From: an uncultured Rhodospirillales bacterium
Lineage (GTDB): Bacteria; Pseudomonadota; Alphaproteobacteria; CACIAM-22H2
Reading direction: 5' to 3'
Assembly: GCA_937926175.1 (NCBI GenBank)
Contig: CALANV010000018.1
Span: 128,621-192,620 of the forward strand
Length of the DNA: 64,000 nt
Position numbers and translations under genes: made by a program. Of this stretch, positions 55,208 through 64,000 are shown piece after piece (the stretch's first letter is position 1; the number at the start of each line of letters is the position of its first letter). Under the pieces are notes generated by a model. That model ran no database searches and was not told the DNA's origin. It saw nothing but the letters and a program-made list of their open reading frames with translations.

Positions 55208-55795
55208 GTGAACCGGTTTCTGCTCTTGATCGACGAGATCAGTACATGGACGGGCAAGGTCTTCGCCTGGACCATCGTGATCCTGACACTCGGCATCAGC
55301 TACGAGGTTTTCGCGCGCTACCTCATGCGTGCACCTACCGACTGGGCGTATGACGTCAGCTACATTCTCTACGGCACGCTGTTCATGATGGCCGGCGCCT
55401 ACACCCTGGCGCGGAACGGTCACGTACGTGGCGACTTCATCTACCGCACCCTCTCGCCCCGCCGGCAGGCGATGTTCGATCTGGTGCTCTACGTTCTGTT
55501 TTTCTTCCCCGGCATGATCGCCTTCGTCTACTCGGGCTGGCAGTTCTTCAACCTTTCCTGGCTGATGAACGAGCGATCTTCGTTCAGTCCGGCAGGACCG
55601 CCGATATGGCCGTTCAAAGGTCTGATCCCGATCGTCGGCGTTCTCATGATTCTGCAGGGTCTGGCCGAAGTCATCCGCTGCGTGATCTGCATTCGCACGG
55701 GGACATGGCCGCAACGCCTCCACGACGTGGAAGAGCTGGAAAAGATCGTCCTTGAACAGGCGCAAGCTGCCAAGCGCCAGGAGGCCGCGCGATGA
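55208..55795 (+). CDS. TRAP transporter small permease
   Basis: The ORF track starts at TTG 55196. GTG 55208 lies 4 nt after GGGAGG. VNRFLLLIDEISTWTGKVFAWTIVIL. 4 TM. Confidence 0.75.
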   Translation: MNRFLLLIDEISTWTGKVFAWTIVILTLGISYEVFARYLMRAPTDWAYDVSYILYGTLFMMAGAYTLARNGHVRGDFIYRTLSPRRQAMFDLVLYVLFFFPGMIAFVYSGWQFFNLSWLMNERSSFSPAGPPIWPFKGLIPIVGVLMILQGLAEVIRCVICIRTGTWPQRLHDVEELEKIVLEQAQAAKRQEAAR

Positions 55796-57114
55796 CCGAC
55801 CCGCAGCTCGGCCTGCTGATGCTGGCCCTCTTCGTCGTCTGCATTCTGCTGGGATTCCCGATTGCCTTCACGCTCATGGCCCTGGGCATCTTCTTCGGAT
55901 ACCTCGGCATGGGCGATCTCGTCTTCAATCTGCTCGTTCAACGGACCTATGCCGTCATGGCGAGTGAGGTCCTGATCTCGGTGCCGCTGTTCGTTTTCAT
56001 GGGTTACGTCATCGAGCGCGCGAACATCCTGGACCGCCTGTTCCGCGCGCTGCAGCTGGCATCCGGCGCGATACCCGGAGCGCTTGCCGTGGCGACTCTC
56101 GCGACGTGTGCCCTGTTTGCGACCGCGACCGGCATCGTCGGCGCCGTGGTGACGCTGATGGGCCTTCTCGCGTTTCCGGCGATGCTGCGTGCGGGCTATG
56201 ACGTGAGGCTTTCGTCCGGCGTCATCTGTGCCGGCGGATGTCTCGGCATCCTCATCCCGCCGTCGGTGATGCTCATCCTGTACGGCGCGACGGCCGGCAG
56301 TTCGGTCGTCAAGCTCTATGCGGCCGCCTTCTTCCCCGGTCTTCTGCTCGCCGGCCTCTACATTCTCTACGCGATGGGGGTCGCGATCATCGACCCGTCG
56401 AAAGCGCCGAAATTGCCGCCCGAGGAGCGAAACGTCCCCTTCACGACCATCATCTACGCGCTGGTGACGTCGTTCCTGCCGCTCGCCGCGCTCATTCTGG
56501 CCGTGCTCGGCGCGATCATGTTCGGACTTGCCACGCCGTCGGAGGCAGCCTCGATGGGCGCGCTCGGCGCGCTCGTGCTCGCCGCCGGCTATCGTGCGCT
56601 GACCTTCGAGCGGCTGAAAGAGTCGGTCTATCTGACCGCCCGTACGTCGGCGATGGTGTGCTGGCTGTTCGTCGGCTCGTACCTGTTCTCGGCCGTGTTC
56701 GGTTACCTCGGCGGACAGCAGGTGGTCGAGGAATTCATCCTGGGTCTGAATCTGGGTTCATTCGGCTTCATGATCCTGGCCCAGGTGATCATTTTCCTGC
56801 TCGGCTGGCCGCTCGAGTGGACCGAGATCATCGTGATTTTTCTGCCGATCTTTCTGCCGTTGCTCGACGAGTTCGGCATCGATCCGCTGTTCTTCGGCGT
56901 GCTGGTCGCGTTGAACCTGCAGACCTCGTTCCTGTCGCCTCCGGTGGCGATGGCGCCTTTCTATCTGAAGGGCGTGGCACCGCCCCATATCAAGATCAAT
57001 GACATCTTCGCGGGCGTGATGCCGTTCATCGGCATCGTCATTCTCTGCATGGTGCTGCTGTACATATTCCCTGAAATCGCACTGTGGCTGCCAAGGCGGC
57101 TGTATGGAGCCTGA
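55792..57114 (+). CDS. TRAP transporter large permease
   Basis: 440-aa multi-TM ORF with an ATGA overlap with the small permease. Confidence 0.85.
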   Translation: MTDPQLGLLMLALFVVCILLGFPIAFTLMALGIFFGYLGMGDLVFNLLVQRTYAVMASEVLISVPLFVFMGYVIERANILDRLFRALQLASGAIPGALAVATLATCALFATATGIVGAVVTLMGLLAFPAMLRAGYDVRLSSGVICAGGCLGILIPPSVMLILYGATAGSSVVKLYAAAFFPGLLLAGLYILYAMGVAIIDPSKAPKLPPEERNVPFTTIIYALVTSFLPLAALILAVLGAIMFGLATPSEAASMGALGALVLAAGYRALTFERLKESVYLTARTSAMVCWLFVGSYLFSAVFGYLGGQQVVEEFILGLNLGSFGFMILAQVIIFLLGWPLEWTEIIVIFLPIFLPLLDEFGIDPLFFGVLVALNLQTSFLSPPVAMAPFYLKGVAPPHIKINDIFAGVMPFIGIVILCMVLLYIFPEIALWLPRRLYGA

Positions 57115-57165
57115 GACGAACCTGACGCCGGCCCATGAGGGCCGGCGTCGCCGCCGCACCGGACG

Positions 57166-58524
57166 GTGGACATGACGAGGCAAGGCCTGGAACTGACCGA
57201 GATGGGCGGGGCGGCCGCAGCCGCCGCGATCCGCGAAGGCCTGATCACGTCCGAAGAACTGGTCGCGGCGTGTCTGGCGCGGATCGATGCCCTCGAACCG
57301 CGCATTCAGGCCTGGGCTTTCATCGACAGCGACCTTGCCCTTGCGCAGGCCCGAGCGGCGGATCAGCGGCGACGGGAGGGCGAACCGATCGGCCCGCTTC
57401 ACGGCGTTCCGGTCGGCATCAAGGACATCTTCGATACCGCCGACATGCCGACGGAGAACGGCACCGTCCTTCACGCCGGGCGGCAGCCGGAGGCCGATGC
57501 GGCGGCCGTCGCACAGCTCCGCGCCGCCGGCGCCGTCATCCTGGGCAAGACCGTCACGACCGAACTCGCCGTCTACGCGCCCGGGAAAACCCGCAATCCG
57601 CTGGATCCCGATCGCACGCCGGGCGGATCTTCCAGCGGCTCGGCCGCGGCAGTGGCGGCCGGCATGGTGCCGCTCGCCATCGGCTCGCAGACGAACGGGT
57701 CGGTCATTCGACCGGCCGCCTATTGCGGCGTGTGGGGCTACAAGCCGACCCACGGTCTGATCTCGCGGCGCGGCGTGCTGCATCAATCGTACCTGCTCGA
57801 TCACGTCGGCGTATTCGGGCGCAGCGCCGAGGACGTCGCACTGCTCGCGGAAGCGATGATGGGCTACGATCCGGACGATCGCGACATGCGCCCGCGTGCC
57901 CGGCCGGCGCTGTCGCGCACGACGGCCGAAGAGCCGCCGGTTCCGCCGCGCATTGCGTTCGTCAGGACGCCGGTCTGGGATCAGCTCGACGCGAGTGCGG
58001 CGGCGGCGATCACCCGGTTCGCCCGCTCACTGGGCGAACACGTGCACGACGTCGATCTGCCGCCTGTGTTTGACCGCGCCGTCGATGCGCACCGCGTCAT
58101 CCACGAATCCGATCTCGCCGTAAGCTTCGCACCGGAATACGAGCGCGGTCGCGAGAAGCTCAGCGCGCGCCTTCGCGAGATGATCGAAAACGGACAGCGG
58201 CACTCGGCGGTGGACTATATTCGCGCAACCGAGTGCGCCATGACCCTCAGCAAGGCGCTCGCCGAGATCTTCGTGCACTACGATGCAATCCTGACGCCGG
58301 CAACGACGGGCGAGGCCCCGATCGGGCTGCAGAGCACGGGCAGCCCCACCTTCTGCACGATCTGGACGTTGCTCGGCGTTCCGACGGTGACGGCGCCATT
58401 GCTGCGCGGGCCGGCCGGCATGCCGCTCGGCGTTCAGCTCGTCGGCGCCCGAGGCGACGATGCGCGGCTGCTACGCCTCGCCCGCTGGCTTGCGCACAAG
58501 GCCGGTCCTGCGGCCGCTCACTAA
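57166..58524 (+). CDS. amidase (amidase-signature family)
   Basis: 452 aa with the signature GGSSSGSAAAVAAGMVPLAIGSQTNGSVIRPAAYCG. Confidence 0.85.
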   Translation: MDMTRQGLELTEMGGAAAAAAIREGLITSEELVAACLARIDALEPRIQAWAFIDSDLALAQARAADQRRREGEPIGPLHGVPVGIKDIFDTADMPTENGTVLHAGRQPEADAAAVAQLRAAGAVILGKTVTTELAVYAPGKTRNPLDPDRTPGGSSSGSAAAVAAGMVPLAIGSQTNGSVIRPAAYCGVWGYKPTHGLISRRGVLHQSYLLDHVGVFGRSAEDVALLAEAMMGYDPDDRDMRPRARPALSRTTAEEPPVPPRIAFVRTPVWDQLDASAAAAITRFARSLGEHVHDVDLPPVFDRAVDAHRVIHESDLAVSFAPEYERGREKLSARLREMIENGQRHSAVDYIRATECAMTLSKALAEIFVHYDAILTPATTGEAPIGLQSTGSPTFCTIWTLLGVPTVTAPLLRGPAGMPLGVQLVGARGDDARLLRLARWLAHKAGPAAAH

Positions 58525-59942
58525 GCGTTCACATCGCGGCTGTCGGTCGTATCCGCCGAACCGGCAGCGGTCGGAGACGTGGCCGGAAGTGCGTCCGTTT
58601 CCGTTTTGTCGCCTCGCCCCGCAGACTCGACCAGCTTCGGCATGACCCGTGCCGGTTGACGCCAAGCAAGACGGTTGAAGCTGTGGCAGCGGGCACAGCG
58701 TGCCTGCCACTGCTCGTATACGGCGCCGCAGGCGTCGCAAACCCAGGCCGGCTCGGGCGGTGCTTCGGCCGCGCGGGCAAGCCAGCGTCGCACGGCCGCC
58801 TGGTCGCCCGATTCATCGTCCTCCAGCTGGGCCATCAGCCGGCATATGCCGGAATCTGGCTGGCCGTTCGCTGCATCGAGCGCCGCGGTCAGATGGCGCC
58901 GCGCCTCTCCCCACAGCCTCGCTTCGAGATTGGCCTGCGCCAGCGCCAGCATGCTCTCGCGATGCAGCGGTGCGAGGCGGGCGAGACGCTCGACCTGTTT
59001 CACCCATTGCAGCGGCTCGGCGACCGGGCGCGCCTGACGATAGGCGGCCAAAAGATCCGGATGCGGCGTGCGGGCCCATTGCTCCTCGATGACCCGCTCG
59101 GCCGCGCGCGTCTTGCCGGTATCGATCGAACATCTGACCAGCCAGAGTGCCGCTGCCGGATGATCCGGATCGGCCCGGTAGGCCTGCTGAGCCAGCCGCA
59201 GCGCGTCCCGTCCATCCCCGGCGGCGGCGGCAGCGCGTGACAGCTCGATGAGGACGGCCGCCTCGTGGCGGCGCGCCTCGGCGGCAGGCAAAGCACCGGC
59301 CCGTTGTGCGAGGGCGAGCGTTTCGGCGGCGGCCCGCCACTCGCCGACGCGCGCCTCGAGCTCGAACAGCGTGCGCAACACCCACGGTGTCTTGGGCCGG
59401 AGCCGGCGGGCACGGCGCGCCAGTTCGATCGCGCGCGCATCGTCACCCGACCGCATGGCCTGGATCAGCAGCCCGCGCAGGCCGAGAAACTCCGTCTCGG
59501 GCCGCTCGAGCATCTGTGTGAAGTACCGGCTGGCGGCCTCCTCGTCGCCGTTGAGCTGTGCTGCCTGTGCCGACAGCAGCATCGTCAGGGGCGGTTCGTT
59601 GAGAAGAACGTCGGCACGGCGTGCCTGGCGCCGCGCCTCGTCCGGATCGCCGGCCGCGACCGCGACCATGCCCTGCGTCAGCGCGACATAGCCCTTGCGC
59701 CGGCGGCGCTCCCGACGCCAACGGCCGAAGGCGCGCGGCGCCCCGACAATGCCGCGCCAGAACCGATAGAGAAACGCCGCCGCCGCGGCGATCAGTGCCA
59801 CGACGGCGAGCAGGACCGGCACGGAGGTGTCAACGCGCCATTCCTGCCAGACGATCGCGACGGTGCCCGGCCGATCGGCAAACCACGAGACGGTGAGCAT
59901 CACCGTCGCAAGAAGGATGAGCAGACCGATCGCACGAATCAC
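58521..59942 (-). CDS. hemY: HemY N-terminal-domain / TPR protein with a C-terminal zinc-ribbon-like CxxC...CxxC
   Basis: GTG 59942 overlaps the upstream stop (GTGA). VIRAIGLLILLATVMLTVSWFADRPGTVAIVWQ matches the HemY_N pattern, followed by TPR-like repeats. The C-terminus contains WVCDACGAVYEQWQARCARCHSF. Confidence 0.7.
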   Translation of the reverse strand: MIRAIGLLILLATVMLTVSWFADRPGTVAIVWQEWRVDTSVPVLLAVVALIAAAAAFLYRFWRGIVGAPRAFGRWRRERRRRKGYVALTQGMVAVAAGDPDEARRQARRADVLLNEPPLTMLLSAQAAQLNGDEEAASRYFTQMLERPETEFLGLRGLLIQAMRSGDDARAIELARRARRLRPKTPWVLRTLFELEARVGEWRAAAETLALAQRAGALPAAEARRHEAAVLIELSRAAAAAGDGRDALRLAQQAYRADPDHPAAALWLVRCSIDTGKTRAAERVIEEQWARTPHPDLLAAYRQARPVAEPLQWVKQVERLARLAPLHRESMLALAQANLEARLWGEARRHLTAALDAANGQPDSGICRLMAQLEDDESGDQAAVRRWLARAAEAPPEPAWVCDACGAVYEQWQARCARCHSFNRLAWRQPARVMPKLVESAGRGDKTETDALPATSPTAAGSADTTDSRDVNA

Positions 59943-61762
59943 GGCGCGTCCGATCCCGTTCGCAGAACGTGCGCGGCGAGCCCGGCCAGCGCGGCTTCGG
60001 CCGCGAGTCGCGTGCGCGCATCGGCGAGCCACGATCCGGCAGCAGCGGCCGGCTCTCCCTGCAGCCGTTCGAGCTCGGCGACGGCGCCAGCGAGATCATC
60101 GGCCGCGAGCCGGCGCTCCGCCCGGGCGACCACCGCCTCGGGCGTGTCGCCGTCGACCTCGCCGATGCGCCGGATCGTGACGAGCGACGTCAGCCTGTCG
60201 AGCAGCTGCCGCCACCAGCTGTCGTCGCCGCCCGTGCGGGCCGCCCGTATGACATCCTTGGCGACCGCCTCGAAGCGGGCGCGCAGAATCGTCCGGCCCG
60301 GCACGCCGGCAGCCGCCCCCGGCTCCAGGTATGCGATCGCCGGCGTCAGACCGGCATCGTCGCCGGCGATCGCGCGCAACGTCGCGAGTTCGGCCGCGTA
60401 GGGTCTTCCACGCTCGATCGCCTCGCGAAGCTGTCCAAGAGCCAGAGAGAGGCTTTCGTTGCGTCGAAGCTCGGCACGCTCGTTGATGCTGGCGTTGAGG
60501 GCCGCGAATTCCTCCTGAAGGCGGGCAAGCTCCTGCGCGAGCCGACGGTTCTCCGCCGTCATCGACGCAAGCCGGGCAGGATCCGCCTGAACCTGAGGCG
60601 CCTCTTCGAGCTGCCGGAGCCGTTCGGTCAATCCTTCCACCGTGCGCACGACTTCGGCGATGCGTGTCTCAATCGTTGACGCACGTTCGGCCAGCACTTC
60701 CAGCCGCCGGTCGACATCGCCGCGCCCCTGTTCGAGAGTCGCAAGGCGCTGGGACAGATCACGCTCGAGGGCTGCCATGCGCGTGCTCGCGTCCCGTTCG
60801 ATCGTCGCGAGCCGTTGTTCCTGCTGTGCGAGGCGCTCCGCAGCCGGGTCGGATGCCGGATTGAGATCCCGCCAGGCGGTCCAGGCGAGTGCTGCGATGG
60901 CGAGCAGCAAGGCAAGGCCGGACACCACCCGCCAGCCGCTGCCCTGCCGGCCGGCAGTCGCGGCCGGCACGTTCGCGGACGGCCCTGATGCCGCCTGCGC
61001 CGGTTCCGGCGTCTTCCCGTTCCCCTCCTGAGTGGCTGCGTCGGCCATCGCTCCTTCACGTCGTTGAATGGCTTCGATCAGCGCCGCTTCGTTCGGACGT
61101 GCTGCCGCCTCCCGCGCGAGCCACGGCAGCTCCGCCGCAGCGGCGACCACGGCTGGGCTCAGCCCGAGCATGACGATCCTAGCGCAGGCCGCCCGGAGAT
61201 CCGCCGCCGCGGCCAAGCTAGCAAAGGTTTTCGCGGTGCGGGGGGAGAAAAAAACGACCATGTCGACGCGGCCGGCGCGCAGTGCGGCGACCGTGTCATC
61301 GGACAGGGCGGTGACCGGCTCGGCCCGGTAGAGTACGGCCCGCCGCACCTCGAACCCGTCGGCCTTAAGCATCCCGGGCAGGTCGCCGGCGGTGACGCTG
61401 CCTGCCGCATGCAGCACGGGTCCGTCGCCGGGCTTCAGGCGCTCGCGGACCAGCCGCGCCAGATCCCCGACATCGCCGTCCGCGCTCTCGACCTGCGTAA
61501 AACCGAATTCGCGGGCCGCAGCCGCCGTCGCGTCGCCGACGGCGAACACGCGCAGATCGCGCCGGGCCGAGCGCAAGGCAAAGGCACGTGCACCGTTGGC
61601 GCTGGTAAAGAGCACGGCCTGGACGCCGTCGAGATCGAGCGGACTGCCGAGATCGGGTTCGATCGTGAGCAGCGGCTCGATCAGTACCTCATGACCGAGC
61701 GCCTCGAGTTTTCGCGCCAGCCGCTCGGAATCCTCGCGCGGGCGTGTCAACAGTATTCGCAT
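59939..61762 (-). CDS. hemD: apparent fusion: uroporphyrinogen-III synthase (HemD) domain plus mitofilin/Mic60-like (COG4223-type) membrane coiled-coil protein
   Basis: ATG 61762 lies 1 nt after the hemC stop. Residues 1-~235 (MRILLTRPREDSERL...FTSANGARAF...VFFSPRTAKTF) are HemD-like. They are followed by a low-complexity linker, one TM (WRVVSGLALLLAIAALAWTAW), a long coiled coil, and a conserved C-terminal domain (WWRQLLDRLTSLVTIRR...). All of this is in one frame with no stop (ORF 59939..62071). Confidence 0.6.
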   Translation of the reverse strand: MRILLTRPREDSERLARKLEALGHEVLIEPLLTIEPDLGSPLDLDGVQAVLFTSANGARAFALRSARRDLRVFAVGDATAAAAREFGFTQVESADGDVGDLARLVRERLKPGDGPVLHAAGSVTAGDLPGMLKADGFEVRRAVLYRAEPVTALSDDTVAALRAGRVDMVVFFSPRTAKTFASLAAAADLRAACARIVMLGLSPAVVAAAAELPWLAREAAARPNEAALIEAIQRREGAMADAATQEGNGKTPEPAQAASGPSANVPAATAGRQGSGWRVVSGLALLLAIAALAWTAWRDLNPASDPAAERLAQQEQRLATIERDASTRMAALERDLSQRLATLEQGRGDVDRRLEVLAERASTIETRIAEVVRTVEGLTERLRQLEEAPQVQADPARLASMTAENRRLAQELARLQEEFAALNASINERAELRRNESLSLALGQLREAIERGRPYAAELATLRAIAGDDAGLTPAIAYLEPGAAAGVPGRTILRARFEAVAKDVIRAARTGGDDSWWRQLLDRLTSLVTIRRIGEVDGDTPEAVVARAERRLAADDLAGAVAELERLQGEPAAAAGSWLADARTRLAAEAALAGLAAHVLRTGSDAP

Positions 61763-61763
61763 C

Positions 61764-62702
61764 TCAGGCGCCCCCGAAAAAGTTCGGCCCGGCATCGCGC
61801 CGCAACTGTTCGCCGGCGTCGTGACCGAGAGCCACCGCATCGCCGATGCGCCCGTCGCGCGTCGTCCGCAGCACGCGCGATCCATCGGGCGTCGCGACAA
61901 GCGCGTCGAGATGGAGACCGCCGTCCGGTAAAACGACGGCAAGTGCCGCGATCGGCGTGCGGCAGGAGCCGTCCAGCCGTTCCAGAAGGGCGCGTTCGGC
62001 CGCAACGGCAGCACCGGTCTGCTGATCATGCAACGGCGCCAACCGCCGCAGCATCTCGTCGTCATCGGCACGGCATTCGACGCCGATCGCTCCTTGTGCG
62101 ACCGCCGGCAGCATTTCCGCGGGTTCGAGCACGGCGACCGCCCGGTCCTGAAGACCGAGACGCTTCAACCCGGCGAGCGCGAGCAGCGTACCGTCGGCCT
62201 CGCCTGCCGCGATCTTTCGCAGCCGGGTTTCGACGTTGCCCCGCAGGTTGACGATCCGCAGATCCGGCCGCAGCGCGAGGAGCTGCGCCTGCCGGCGCAG
62301 CGACGACGTTCCCATGACGGCGCCCGCCGGCAGATCGCTGATGCGGCGTGCCGCACCGCCGATCAGGACGTCACGCGGATCCTCGCGGGGCAGAAGACAG
62401 GGGATGACCAGCCCCTCGGGCAGCCGGGTCGGCATGTCCTTCATCGAATGGACCGCGATGTCGACGGTGCCGGCGAACAGAGCCTCCTCGATCTCCTTGG
62501 TGAAGAGCCCTTTGCCGCCCGCCGCCGCGAGCGTTCGGTCCTGAATGCGGTCACCCGTCGTCTTGATCGGGACGAGGGTGATCGCATCCGAATCGCCGAG
62601 GTCGGGCCACGCCGCCTCAAGTCGACGCTTCACTTCTTCAGCTTGCGCAAGCGCGAGCGGCGAGCCGCGCGTGCCGATACGTACACGTCGGGTTGCGGTC
62701 AT
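61764..62702 (-). CDS. hemC: hydroxymethylbilane synthase (porphobilinogen deaminase)
   Basis: 312 aa with RIGTRGSPLALAQA, HSMKD, RGNVETRL and the cofactor-Cys region LDGSCRTPIA. Confidence 0.9.
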   Translation of the reverse strand: MTATRRVRIGTRGSPLALAQAEEVKRRLEAAWPDLGDSDAITLVPIKTTGDRIQDRTLAAAGGKGLFTKEIEEALFAGTVDIAVHSMKDMPTRLPEGLVIPCLLPREDPRDVLIGGAARRISDLPAGAVMGTSSLRRQAQLLALRPDLRIVNLRGNVETRLRKIAAGEADGTLLALAGLKRLGLQDRAVAVLEPAEMLPAVAQGAIGVECRADDDEMLRRLAPLHDQQTGAAVAAERALLERLDGSCRTPIAALAVVLPDGGLHLDALVATPDGSRVLRTTRDGRIGDAVALGHDAGEQLRRDAGPNFFGGA

Positions 62703-62831
62703 GAACCCTGTCTAGCAGGTTAGCCCGCGATCTGCACCGTCCAATGCGGGTTGGCGATACCGCGTCCAGACACGTCCGGTGCCGTCATCCCCGGCATTGC
62801 CAGGGCACGGTGAACCGGGTAAGGCAGGGCA

Positions 62832-63905
62832 ATGGGCCGCGACATTCAACTCGTACTGGGTATCGAGACGAGCTGCGACGAGACCGCCGCCGCCGTCGTC
62901 GATTCCAACCGTCGAATTCTTGCGAATCCGGTGCTCAGCCAGATCGCTCTGCACGAACCTTATGGCGGCATCGTGCCGGAGATTGCCGCGCGTGCCCATC
63001 TCGATCATCTGGATGGGCTGATCAGACGTGCGTTGGACGAGGCGAAGATCGGATTCGGCGATCTCAGCGCCGTCGCGGCTACCGGCGGCCCCGGCCTGAT
63101 CGGTGGCGTGATCGTCGGCGTCATGACGGCAAAGGCGATCGCGCTTGCACGTCGCCTGCCCTTCATCGCCGTCAACCATCTCGAGGGACACGCCCTGTCG
63201 GGCCGCCTGTCGGACGGCATCGACTTTCCCTATCTCCTTCTGCTGGTCTCAGGGGGGCATTGCCAGCTGCTCATCGTCGAAGGCGTCGGTCGCTACGTTC
63301 GACTGGGCACGACCATCGACGACGCGGTTGGCGAAGCGTTCGACAAGACGGCGAAGCTGCTTGGGCTCGGCTATCCGGGAGGACCCGCGATCGAGCGTCT
63401 TGCCCGGTCGGGCGATCCGTCGCGTTTCGCTTTGCCGCGGCCGCTCAAGGGCCGGCCCGGCTGTGATTTCTCTTTTGCCGGCCTGAAGACGGCGATCCGC
63501 CAGCTGGTCGACAGCCTGTCGGTGACCGGATCCATCGATCGCGTCGCGGCCGACATCGCCGCGTCGTTTCAGGACGCCGTCGGCGACGTGCTGATCGACC
63601 GGACAGCAAACGCGATCGAGATCTTCCGCGCACGCCATCCGACCGGATCCAGCCTCGTCGTCGCCGGCGGCGTCGCGGCAAATGGCACGTTGCGGGCGCG
63701 CCTCAACGCGCTCGCCGAAAAATACGGTCTGGCCCTGATCGCGCCGCCCCCGCAGCTTTGCACCGACAATGCCGCGATGATCGCCTGGGCCGGCATCGAG
63801 CGTTTCCGGCTCGGCCTGACCGATTCGCTCGACTTCGCGCCGCGTCCGCGCTGGCCGCTTGACCCGAAGGCGCCGCGCGCCCCAGGCGCGGGCGTGAAAG
63901 CCTGA
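62832..63905 (+). CDS. tsaD: tRNA N6-adenosine threonylcarbamoyltransferase
   Basis: 357 aa with [21 protein letters not shown] and YPGGPAIE motifs of Kae1/TsaD. Confidence 0.9.
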   Translation: MGRDIQLVLGIETSCDETAAAVVDSNRRILANPVLSQIALHEPYGGIVPEIAARAHLDHLDGLIRRALDEAKIGFGDLSAVAATGGPGLIGGVIVGVMTAKAIALARRLPFIAVNHLEGHALSGRLSDGIDFPYLLLLVSGGHCQLLIVEGVGRYVRLGTTIDDAVGEAFDKTAKLLGLGYPGGPAIERLARSGDPSRFALPRPLKGRPGCDFSFAGLKTAIRQLVDSLSVTGSIDRVAADIAASFQDAVGDVLIDRTANAIEIFRARHPTGSSLVVAGGVAANGTLRARLNALAEKYGLALIAPPPQLCTDNAAMIAWAGIERFRLGLTDSLDFAPRPRWPLDPKAPRAPGAGVKA

Positions 63906-64000
63906 TGGCATCGATGACGGAGACACCGTTTCAGCGCATCGCCGTGGTCGGCGCCGGCGCATGGGGCACGGCGCTTGCGATCGTCGCCGGACGCGCCGGG
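63905..64000 (+). CDS. gpsA: NAD(P)H-dependent glycerol-3-phosphate dehydrogenase, N-terminal fragment (window edge)
   Basis: ATG 63905 overlaps the tsaD stop (TGATG). [32 protein letters not shown] shows a Rossmann GxGxxG. Its position after tsaD matches the usual synteny. Confidence 0.6.
   Translation, partial: MASMTETPFQRIAVVGAGAWGTALAIVAGRAG

Overview
Very GC-rich (judged by eye, not computed), densely coding chromosomal segment. The hemC / hemD-mic60-like / hemY block next to tsaD-gpsA suggests an alphaproteobacterium. Most of the window encodes solute uptake and catabolism: one Dpp/Opp-type ABC system led by a DUF1028 gene (802-7098), two Liv-type ABC systems (9847-14552 and 32788-37378) and two TRAP systems (50513-53388 and 53932-57114). 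I found one tRNA-Thr(CGU) at 30935-31009 and no rRNA, CRISPR array, transposase or integrase. The ORF track uses GTG/TTG starts and the longest possible ORFs, so I re-placed many starts using stop/start overlaps, Shine-Dalgarno motifs and family-typical N-termini. High GC produces many long antisense shadow ORFs, which I rejected. Items most worth a second look: (1) a 13-gene, almost entirely overlap-coupled operon (31859-45838) of unknown substrate. It combines a GntR regulator, a Liv-type importer, an aconitase-family hydratase pair, a KRCGH-motif lyase, HyuB/HyuA, an isochorismatase-family protein that lacks the catalytic Cys, and an FrdA/TcuA-like flavoprotein. (2) A tentative baeRF (eRF1-like) protein (21903-23057), followed in a ~500-bp gene-free gap by a dense cluster of GGGAC(A) motifs (23119-23349). 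(3) A G15 homopolymer 3 nt upstream of the alaX-like start codon (20636-20650). (4) A small polysaccharide cluster (23555-30121) next to tRNA-Thr, with a methyltransferase-like/kinase fusion resembling the WbdD chain terminator. (5) An apparent in-frame hemD-mic60-like fusion with a relic stop/SD/start junction. (6) A thioesterase gene broken at a (CG)4 tract. (7) An ECF sigma factor with a C-terminal extension and no visible anti-sigma gene, followed by a His-rich lipoprotein and a Tat-exported cupredoxin. All family assignments come from motif recognition by eye; no database search was run.
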